A DNA stretch of 63,774 nt, the filler included, from Candidatus Methanoxibalbensis ujae (GTDB lineage: Archaea; Halobacteriota; Syntropharchaeia; Alkanophagales; Methanospirareceae): the NCBI GenBank assembly GCA_026134085.1. It is 4 parts of 4 records of this genome, joined end to end, with 100 filler letters (N's around TTAATTAATTAA, not from the genome) between each part and the next. Parts side by side here need not be neighbours in the genome. Positions count along the whole stretch, not along the records: positions 29,012 to 56,449 come from JAOQIN010000023.1; 3 more parts are not named here. One strand, given 5' to 3'. Of the stretch, positions 42,050 through 50,369 are shown in pieces (position 1 is the stretch's first letter; the number at the start of each line of letters is the position of its first letter). A program made the position numbers and the translations under genes. The notes beneath the pieces were generated by a model. The model worked only from the letters and a program-made list of their open reading frames with translations, made no database searches and was not told the DNA's origin.

Positions 42050-42919
42050 ATGTTGCGCATCGCGCTGCCAAAGGGGAGTTTGGAGGAGCAGACACTCCTC
42101 CTCTTCAAGCAGGCTGACCTTGAGGTGAAAAGGGCGGATAGAGCATACAACGCCACTATTGACGACGAACGCATTCGCAGCGTCAAAATACTGCGACCTC
42201 AGGAAATCCCTGTTTTTGTTGAGCAGGGCTACTTCGACATCGGCATCACAGGTCTTGACTGGATTCTTGAGCGGGAGGCAGATGTCGTTGAGGTCTGCGA
42301 CCTGAAATTCAGCAAGACAGCAGAGGAAGGTACTGTGAAAATTGTTCTTGCGGTGCAGGAGGACAGAAACATAAAATCAGCAAAAGATCTGCCTCCAAAC
42401 AGCATAATAAGCACGGAATATCCAAACATTACAAAAAAATTCTTCAAAAATCTCGGCATACCTGTCCAAATTTTCTTCTCATACGGTGCAACAGAGGCAA
42501 AAGACATGATGGATGCTATCGTTGAACTCACTGAAACTGGCGAAACTCTCCGCAAAAACAACTGGAAAATCATTGAAACCATCCTTGAATCGTCAACGAA
42601 ACTCATCGCAAACAAGGATGCTTGGAGAGACCCTCATAAAAGGCGTGAAATAGAGGAGATTGCAACGCTCCTCTTGGGCGTCATTGAGGCTCGTGGAAAA
42701 GTCCTTTTGAGCATGAATGTCGCGGAGAAAAACCTGAAGAATGTAGTTTCCGCTCTGCCTGCGATGAAAAAACCCACCATCTCGCAGCTTTACGAGCCGG
42801 GATTTTACGCAGTTGAGGCAGTAGTGAGCAAGAAGGATGTGAATACGCTGATTCCAAAGTTGAAATCGCTCGGCGCAGAGGACATTATTGAGCTCAATAT
42901 ATCCAAAATTGTGAGATGA
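42050..42919 (+). CDS. hisG: ATP phosphoribosyltransferase (long form)
   Basis: IALPKGSL, RPQEIP, DIGITGLDW, TEYP, GATE, TETGETL, C-terminal PAMKKPTIS domain. Confidence 0.95.
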   Translation: MLRIALPKGSLEEQTLLLFKQADLEVKRADRAYNATIDDERIRSVKILRPQEIPVFVEQGYFDIGITGLDWILEREADVVEVCDLKFSKTAEEGTVKIVLAVQEDRNIKSAKDLPPNSIISTEYPNITKKFFKNLGIPVQIFFSYGATEAKDMMDAIVELTETGETLRKNNWKIIETILESSTKLIANKDAWRDPHKRREIEEIATLLLGVIEARGKVLLSMNVAEKNLKNVVSALPAMKKPTISQLYEPGFYAVEAVVSKKDVNTLIPKLKSLGAEDIIELNISKIVR

Positions 42920-43052
42920 AATATGAAATAGGGAAAAGAGGCGGAAAAAGAGCGAGAAAAGAGACGAGGACAGAAGCGAAAGATCGGGAAAGAGGCTTGA
43001 GCGGCAGTAAGCAGTGAGCGGGAAGCAGTATCAACAAGCAGGGGAAAGAGGC

Positions 43053-43763
43053 GTGAGTGAAATTTTTGTTGTGTTTGCAGTTTTCTTCGCATTCACACTG
43101 CGGACAATCACCGGTTTCGGCTCTGCCATGCTCCTCTCCCCCATTTTAAGTGCTGTTCTACCTCCGAAGAAAGCAGTTATCCTCATTATTCTGCTTGAAA
43201 ATGAGGTGAATTTTGTGTATTTGATGAGGGAGAAACTGAATTTCTCGTTTAAAGAGGTTTTTATAGGAGGAGTTATTGGTATTTTCTGCGGAATTTTTCT
43301 GTTTAAAAGGATTTCGCAGGATGAACTACGCATGCTGATTGGCATTTTCGTCGCTTTTTTCGCCATTCTCCTCCTTTTCGGCTTTCGGTTTGAGGTGCCG
43401 AAGAAGTTTGAGAGATTTTTCTTCTTTGCACTCGGCAACTTCAGCGGAGCAATGGGCGTTCTGACAGGCATAAACGGTCCGCAAATTGTCCTGGGATTGG
43501 CAAATCAGGGCTATGACAGCAAATTCATAAGAATTTTCATCATCTCCTACCTCATCGTCATCGATTTTGTAACATTAATGCTCTTCACATTCGCTGGAGA
43601 ATTGTGCTGGAGTATCATAAAGTTGGGATTTCTTTGCATCCCTTCACTTTCAGTTGCATACATTTGCGGTAAAATTGTTGAAAAGAGGACAAGTAAGGAA
43701 TTTTTGAGGGTTCTAATGCTCACTCTCTCGCTTTTTGCCGGTATTTTTTCTGTTATCCGATAG
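43053..43763 (+). CDS. TauE/SafE sulfite-exporter family membrane protein
   Basis: TGFGSAML, G..G.LTGINGP, multiple TM helices. Confidence 0.85.
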   Translation: MSEIFVVFAVFFAFTLRTITGFGSAMLLSPILSAVLPPKKAVILIILLENEVNFVYLMREKLNFSFKEVFIGGVIGIFCGIFLFKRISQDELRMLIGIFVAFFAILLLFGFRFEVPKKFERFFFFALGNFSGAMGVLTGINGPQIVLGLANQGYDSKFIRIFIISYLIVIDFVTLMLFTFAGELCWSIIKLGFLCIPSLSVAYICGKIVEKRTSKEFLRVLMLTLSLFAGIFSVIR

Positions 43764-44071
43764 CCTTCCACCCGCCGCCATCACGAGGCGCATTGACGCG
43801 GAGCTGCCGGCAGTGGCAACAACCTCCATAAACGAAAACAGCGTCGCGGCAGCATAAACAGGCTCACAAGCACACGACGCGCTGCACGCTGCCTCCATAT
43901 AAAAATATAACATATTAAATATTTCATCATACTTTTTAAGTAAAAATACGCAGAGATAGCGATATATGTGGAAAGCGGAATGATGGAGGGATGTCGCAGC
44001 AGACATGCATGCTCTGAAATTTACTGAAATATTTTTAAGTATATGTGCATGGGGATGAGGAGGTAATAAAT

Positions 44072-45130
44072 ATGGAGGGATATGTGATGAAGCATGGAGC
44101 GATATTCATCGCAATGTTCCTATCGCTGTTCGTGATTGTTGCGGCGGTGCACGCGGCAGAGTCTGAGGTGAGTGTCAGTGTGGTGCCTGCGGTCGTGAAG
44201 AGCGCTCATGGCGAGAAATTCACTGTTGAAATCTGCATGGACACCCGAGATAAAGAGGTATATGCGGCTCAGTTCACGCTCCTTTTTGACAGTGAAATTC
44301 TCAATGTGACCTCCCTGAAGAAAGGAGACCTGCTCAGCGGAGATGGCAATGAGACGCTTGTCGTTCGGGAAGACATGAACAACACGCTCGGAAAGGTAGA
44401 ATACGGCGAGATGCGGTTGGGAGAGGGAGGTGTGAGTGGAAAAGGAACGCTCGCATCTGTCTCATTTGAGGTTGTGGGGAACGCGGGCAGGAGTGCATTG
44501 AAGCTGAGCGATGTTCACATACTCTCACCTGATCTGGATGAGATTGATTTTGAAATTCAGCACGGAGAATGCATTGTCGGAAATGCAACTGCTGCCGATG
44601 TGATGGATATCACGGTTGAGGAAGCATATGAGATGATGAGAGAGCATCCTGAGGATTTCATACTGCTTGATGTCAGGACAGAGCATGAATATGAGTCAGA
44701 ACATATATACATGAGGGGTGTTGAGGTCCTGAATATACCATCAGATGAGCTTGAAAAAAGAGTTGATGAGCTCAAAGGAGAGAAGAAGATAATTGTTTAC
44801 AGCTCCTCAGGTGATATAAGCAGGTCTGCTGCCAGTAAATTGGCGGAAAAAGGCTTCACAGTGTATAACATGCTCGGTGGCATAGGGGAGTGGCGTATTC
44901 ATTACGATATCACGCATTCCGACACAACAATACAGCCATTGCATACGCCCGAAGCATCTCATGCAGCGACGCCGAGGTCATCTCCTCATACGACCTCACA
45001 TGGTCTTGAGGCATTCGCTCTCAGCATTGTGATACTCATAATGAAAAGACGACTGAGGACGACTGGGACGACTGAGAGAGGAGGAAGTGATGAAACGGGA
45101 GATGAAACGGGAGAGAGGAATCGGGAGTAA
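44072..45130 (+). CDS. Secreted cohesin plus rhodanese-like protein with degenerate C-terminal sorting signal
   Basis: Signal peptide; cohesin-like 'FTVEI...VYAAQFTLLFD..IL.V...KGDLL...GTLA.V.F'; rhodanese ILLDVRT..EY..EHI; tail HGLEAFALSIVILIMKRR. Confidence 0.8.
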   Translation: MEGYVMKHGAIFIAMFLSLFVIVAAVHAAESEVSVSVVPAVVKSAHGEKFTVEICMDTRDKEVYAAQFTLLFDSEILNVTSLKKGDLLSGDGNETLVVREDMNNTLGKVEYGEMRLGEGGVSGKGTLASVSFEVVGNAGRSALKLSDVHILSPDLDEIDFEIQHGECIVGNATAADVMDITVEEAYEMMREHPEDFILLDVRTEHEYESEHIYMRGVEVLNIPSDELEKRVDELKGEKKIIVYSSSGDISRSAASKLAEKGFTVYNMLGGIGEWRIHYDITHSDTTIQPLHTPEASHAATPRSSPHTTSHGLEAFALSIVILIMKRRLRTTGTTERGGSDETGDETGERNRE

Positions 45131-45136
45131 TGAGAA

Positions 45137-48100
45137 ATGAGAGCGGGGACAGTGATGAGGATTGTTGCATTATTTGTTCTCTATCTGTTATCTGTTCTGT
45201 CTTCTTCCGCATCAACGCCTGAGGTGCATATTGTTTCACAGCCTCATCATGTGGGTGATTTTTTTATTGTGAACATAACTGTTGACTCAGGGGATGAGGA
45301 GATATATGCGGTTGAATATGAACTGGAGTTTGACAATCACATATTGAATGCGATATCTCAGAATAAAGGAGATTTTCTGAAGGGCAACACGATTGTGAGC
45401 ATAAACAGAACAGATAATGAAAAAGGAATTGTTGAATATGCTGAGACAATAACGGGAGAAGGTGGTGTGGCGGGGAAAGGAACGCTTTCAACGATCACAT
45501 TTAAAGCGATAAGTGCTGGAGAGAGCGCACTGCGTCTGAATGTCACTTTTATAAGCACTTCCTATGAATATCTGACTGCTGAAACGGTTGCGCACTGCAC
45601 TGTTGTTCCAACAACAGAACCGTCATCAACAACACATTCTCCTGCAACATCCACAGCCTCCACAACATCTCCAGCACCTCAACAAGCGTCCAGCGACGAT
45701 GCGGCGCCTTCACCGTCTGCAACATGTTCTCCATCTCAGCACGCTTCTCCGGCAGCACTGATCAAACCGCAAACGCCTCAATTGTCGCCCACACGAACAG
45801 CATCTCCCGACAATCGCTCTCAATCATCAGATGACCTGCATGTCCCAACACATCCAAATACCACAAATGCGAGTGCGCCTTCACCGCAGTCATCACCGTC
45901 ACAATCGCCGTCACGATTGCCGTCACGACCATCACCGTCACAACCATCAAGACAATCCCCTGTTGGAGGAGCGGCGACAGCGACAGCGGTGGCGGTTCTT
46001 GCATCGTCTCTCATGAAAATGCGCAGGAGTGATGGGAAAGCGGGGATATATGCGTTTGTTCTGATATGCATGATTCTGCCGGTTTATCTGTTGCCGCTCA
46101 GTGAGGCTCCTGTGCCCGTGATTGAGGCTCCTGTGCCCGTTATTCTTGTTGAACAATCCCAGGAAAATGTCTCTGCAGGACAGATGTTCACGGTGAACAT
46201 AACTGTTGATTCTGGGGATGAGGAGATATATGCGGTTGAATATGAACTGGAGTTTGACAATCACATATTGAATGCGATATCTCAGAATAAAGGTGATTTT
46301 CTCGGGGACAATACGATTGTGAGCATAAACAGAATAGATAATGAAAAAGGAATTGTTGAATATGCTGAGACAATAACAGGTGGTGGAGGTGTAAGAGGAA
46401 GAGGAACTGTAGCATCAATTACATTTAAAGCGCTCGGCAGAGCGGGTGAAAGCTCGCTTATTCTGAAGAATGTGAGTATAATAAACTCTGATCTTGTGAA
46501 GGTATCAGCGAGAGTTGTGAATGGAAGTGTGAAAGTGGATGCGCCGATCTCGGATTTCACAGTTCAGGGATTTGTTTTCCGTGCGAACGGGTCGCCGTGC
46601 ATGCATCCCGCTGTGACTGTGAGGAACATGAACACGAGCGAGGAATGGGCTGCGGAGATCTCTCAAAACTCCTATCGCTGCGATCTGAGATCGGGGGACG
46701 ATGTGATAGCGGGAGAAGTGCTCATGCTCGTCGCGATGGCGACAGATGAGGAGCAGATGATCAACAAGACGCTGCATACGGTCACGCAATCTGAAATTGA
46801 TTCAGGCTGCTTGCGGATGAACCTCACGCTTTCGCCTGTGAGGCATGATGTGCGCATACTCACGAACTACTCACCGCCTTCAGGCATAAAAATTGAGAGA
46901 GATGGCGAAGAGATTGCACATGGTCAAAATCTGACAGTCGGATATGAGTATCACATCGGATATATGGTGGAAAACGCGGGGAACATAATGGAAGATGTGC
47001 GCATAACTGTTAAAATTGCAGGCATAAGCGGAGAGCACATCATAAGCGCACACAATGTGACTGTTGATGCAGGTGAGTGCTATGAAGGAGATGTCATCTG
47101 GAACACATCATCCTCTGCACCCGGTGTTTACGAGATCATCGTGAATGCGAGCATTCAATCAGATGGGCACATTTATGACGAGAGAAAACGCGAAGTAATG
47201 CTTGTATTGCCGCCATGTGACATTGAGATATCGGCAATAAAAATAAATCCGAGATGCAATGCTGTCCATGGCTGGACTTTCAGAAATCAGGAGAATGAGA
47301 TATGCGCAAAAATCATAAACAACGGCAGTGGAAATGCTGAAAATTTCAATGTGAGCTTCATGATTGAGGGCTCCCTGCTCGACAAATCACTTGTGAAATG
47401 CCTTAACGCGGGCGATGAAAAGGAGCTGTGCGTCACATGGGCTCCCCTCTCTCCCGGAACATACGAACTGAATGTGACCGCTGATTATCCGAACGATGTG
47501 AACAGGAGAAACAACATCATGCTTATGGAAATACAAGTTCACGATAACGGATACAAAGGAAAGCGATATACAGGAGGAGAAGACATAAAAACTGTGCTTT
47601 CATATTATGGAAAGCTCAACATTTCATATTCCTTTGGTGATAGTTATCATCTGAAAAAAATGTTTTGGAGGAGTTATGAGGTGAATTGGAGCGATGATCT
47701 CGTCCCTGATCATGCAATTGTGAAAGCTGCAAGATTATATCTTTATTATTATGCTGATTGGACGCCGAATGGCATAGAGAACTATCTCACGCTCTATTTC
47801 AACGATTTTCAGACGCCGATAGATGCTGTGTATAAGGATCGTGTTGCATTTAAGAACGAAAACAATCCATCTGGCGTAATAGTTTACGATGTCACATCAC
47901 ATTTCAATGCGAGCGGCGGGAATATAGCCAGGATTTGCAACGGATACAGCAGTGGTGGCGGTGCTTTCATAGATGGGATGTTTCTTATTGTGATATATGA
48001 GCTCAGGAGTGAGGTTGAGAGGGTCATATGCGTGAATGAGGGTTATGATATACTGAGAGCTGATGAGAATTACTGCGTCAACGCAACTGAAGCGACTGCT

Positions 48101-48799
48101 TATGCGCCGTTTGAACTTGCATTTCTCCCGGATGGGCATGTGAGGCTGATAGCAGTAGCGCCTCAAGCCGACAGCGGAGAAAGTGAGCTGTGTTTCAATG
48201 ATTTTTCGTGGCGGAACATGTTCCATCCCGCAGCTTCTGCAAAAACAATCACAGCCGAGCAGCCGAGGATAGGCATATGCGATGTTGATGTGAGCGAACA
48301 CATGCGATCAATCGGAAATATCGCGATGATACGCAGCAGATCAGACGACATGGCAGCGAGCAATGTGATACTTGTTGTTGACGGCTCACTCATATACGAC
48401 ACGGGCGAAAGTCCCAATCCCTATCCAAGCATCCCGGGCACTTTTGAATGCGTTTTCACACCATTCCACAACATAACAGTGAACGCAGCATCTGTTTATC
48501 CCTGCAATGGGACTGGAGGGCATATAGAGCGTATTGAAATAAGAAATGAATCATGGAGCGCTTCCACTGAGTGGAACGGATATGCCGGTGTATGGAACGA
48601 GGTCAGATTTGATGATAAATTCACACTAATTGCAAATCATTCATATAATTTGACAATAGAGGTGGGCTCATATCCTCAAATAATTCATTCATCTGATGAT
48701 TCTGTAAAGGAAATGGGGGAAATTGTCTGCGTATTCACTGATGTAAACGGCATTGTGCATGAGAACTGGATACCTGCCATGCGGCTGGGAGTGTGGTGA
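45137..48799 (+). CDS. Large secreted protein: two cohesins, S/P linker, CARDB-like domains, DUF3344-like region, conserved C-terminal domain
   Basis: Two near-identical cohesin repeats; CARDB 'NNGSGNAENFNVSF...GTYELNVTAD...NN'; NGYKGKRY..G motif; terminal WIPAMRL. Confidence 0.8.
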   Translation: MRAGTVMRIVALFVLYLLSVLSSSASTPEVHIVSQPHHVGDFFIVNITVDSGDEEIYAVEYELEFDNHILNAISQNKGDFLKGNTIVSINRTDNEKGIVEYAETITGEGGVAGKGTLSTITFKAISAGESALRLNVTFISTSYEYLTAETVAHCTVVPTTEPSSTTHSPATSTASTTSPAPQQASSDDAAPSPSATCSPSQHASPAALIKPQTPQLSPTRTASPDNRSQSSDDLHVPTHPNTTNASAPSPQSSPSQSPSRLPSRPSPSQPSRQSPVGGAATATAVAVLASSLMKMRRSDGKAGIYAFVLICMILPVYLLPLSEAPVPVIEAPVPVILVEQSQENVSAGQMFTVNITVDSGDEEIYAVEYELEFDNHILNAISQNKGDFLGDNTIVSINRIDNEKGIVEYAETITGGGGVRGRGTVASITFKALGRAGESSLILKNVSIINSDLVKVSARVVNGSVKVDAPISDFTVQGFVFRANGSPCMHPAVTVRNMNTSEEWAAEISQNSYRCDLRSGDDVIAGEVLMLVAMATDEEQMINKTLHTVTQSEIDSGCLRMNLTLSPVRHDVRILTNYSPPSGIKIERDGEEIAHGQNLTVGYEYHIGYMVENAGNIMEDVRITVKIAGISGEHIISAHNVTVDAGECYEGDVIWNTSSSAPGVYEIIVNASIQSDGHIYDERKREVMLVLPPCDIEISAIKINPRCNAVHGWTFRNQENEICAKIINNGSGNAENFNVSFMIEGSLLDKSLVKCLNAGDEKELCVTWAPLSPGTYELNVTADYPNDVNRRNNIMLMEIQVHDNGYKGKRYTGGEDIKTVLSYYGKLNISYSFGDSYHLKKMFWRSYEVNWSDDLVPDHAIVKAARLYLYYYADWTPNGIENYLTLYFNDFQTPIDAVYKDRVAFKNENNPSGVIVYDVTSHFNASGGNIARICNGYSSGGGAFIDGMFLIVIYELRSEVERVICVNEGYDILRADENYCVNATEATAYAPFELAFLPDGHVRLIAVAPQADSGESELCFNDFSWRNMFHPAASAKTITAEQPRIGICDVDVSEHMRSIGNIAMIRSRSDDMAASNVILVVDGSLIYDTGESPNPYPSIPGTFECVFTPFHNITVNAASVYPCNGTGGHIERIEIRNESWSASTEWNGYAGVWNEVRFDDKFTLIANHSYNLTIEVGSYPQIIHSSDDSVKEMGEIVCVFTDVNGIVHENWIPAMRLGVW

Positions 48800-48891
48800 A
48801 TGAGTGATGAAAATGGAGGAGAGGGATGATGAGGAGGGGTGATGAAGAGGGGTGATGAAGATGAAGTGACAACGGAGGAGGTGAGTGTTTT

Positions 48892-50202
48892 TTGACATCG
48901 GGATTGATCAGGAACTGTTGTGCCGTTTTGATCATGATATCTGTGTTGCCTGCTGTGCTTGCGGCACCGTTTATGACTGTGGAGTCGCCGGGCAGTGTGC
49001 ATTGTGGCAGGAATTTCACTGTGAACATAACAGTTTATCCGAGGGGAAATGAGGTGTTCGGTGCGGAATATGTGTTGAGGTTCGACCCTTCCGTGCTGCA
49101 TGTGTGCTCACAGAGTAACGGGACATTTCTGAGTCATGACGGTGTTTATACGATCATACATCATTCTGAGGACAATGAAAATGGAGCCGCAATATACGGG
49201 GAGACAAGGAGCGGAGTGGGCGGAGTAACGGATCCGGGCGTTCTCGCGACGATAACATTCAAGGCGGAAAGATGTGGAAAAACCTGCATGCTCAACATAA
49301 CCGAGGCGAGATCTGTTGTATATGACAGGATAAATGAAACTTACAGTTCTGTGGATGCAGAAGTGCTCAATGGGACTGTTGAGATTGAGCCATCATCGCC
49401 TTTCAACATAACAGGTTATGTTTTTTATGAGAACGGGAGTGTGTGTGAGAATCCAAATGTGACTGTGGAGAACATGAACACGAGTGTTGAATGGACTGCG
49501 AACACGACATCCAACAGGTATATGCTCAATCTCAGCTACGGTCCTGATTTGCTCGTCGGTGAGGTTCTTCGTTTCAATGTGACGAGCGAGGATGAAAGCA
49601 TGTTCAACATGACATATCACACCATAACATCTGAGGATGTTGAAGCAGGCGGCATATGTCTCAACATCACTGTTGGAGAGCTGAGAAAGCCGGATCTCGT
49701 GGTTGCAGATGTGTGGGTGTGCTGGCCTGAAAACTGCAAAATATGCTACAAAATCATGAACACGGGAGATGATGTGGCGCCAGCAGGTCACAGGACAGTG
49801 CTGCTCATAGATTTTGCTGAGGCTGCGTATGATGTTGTCAATGTTTCGCTTTTGCCGGGCGAGAATCACACAGGATGCTTTGACAGTCAGTGGACATACA
49901 CGCCGCCCAAGGACGATATAATGGTGCGCGCAGATGACACCGAAATCGTTGATGAGCATGATGAAAACAACAACCACATATCAACAGTTTGGAAATGTGG
50001 GGATGTGAACAATGATGCGTGGATAAACATATTTGATGCTGTCAAAACGCTCAACCGTGCAACTGATCCAGATTTTCCAGTTTCATGTCCATGGGCGGCT
50101 GATGTCAATGCTGATGGCTCCATAAACATATTTGATGCGGTCAAAATACTGAATCGCGCAACAGATCCGGGATTTCCTCTGCGCTGTAAATGCGAGTTGT
50201 GA
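48892..50202 (+). CDS. Secreted cohesin-CARDB-dockerin protein
   Basis: N-terminal cohesin; KPDLVV..CARDB; duplicated dockerin loops GDVNNDAWINIFDAV / ADVNADGSINIFDAV. Confidence 0.85.
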   Translation: MTSGLIRNCCAVLIMISVLPAVLAAPFMTVESPGSVHCGRNFTVNITVYPRGNEVFGAEYVLRFDPSVLHVCSQSNGTFLSHDGVYTIIHHSEDNENGAAIYGETRSGVGGVTDPGVLATITFKAERCGKTCMLNITEARSVVYDRINETYSSVDAEVLNGTVEIEPSSPFNITGYVFYENGSVCENPNVTVENMNTSVEWTANTTSNRYMLNLSYGPDLLVGEVLRFNVTSEDESMFNMTYHTITSEDVEAGGICLNITVGELRKPDLVVADVWVCWPENCKICYKIMNTGDDVAPAGHRTVLLIDFAEAAYDVVNVSLLPGENHTGCFDSQWTYTPPKDDIMVRADDTEIVDEHDENNNHISTVWKCGDVNNDAWINIFDAVKTLNRATDPDFPVSCPWAADVNADGSINIFDAVKILNRATDPGFPLRCKCEL

Positions 50203-50369
50203 TGATGAGGATGATGATAGGATAATAATGATGTGATGGTGATAATGGTGAACAGATGGTGAGCTGTGACGAGGAATGTGTGTAAAAAGAAGAGAAGAAG
50301 GGAGAATAGGGGAGAAGAAAGAGGAAGAAAAGAGAAGAAAATAAAAAATAAAAGAAAAAAGAGGGGGAG

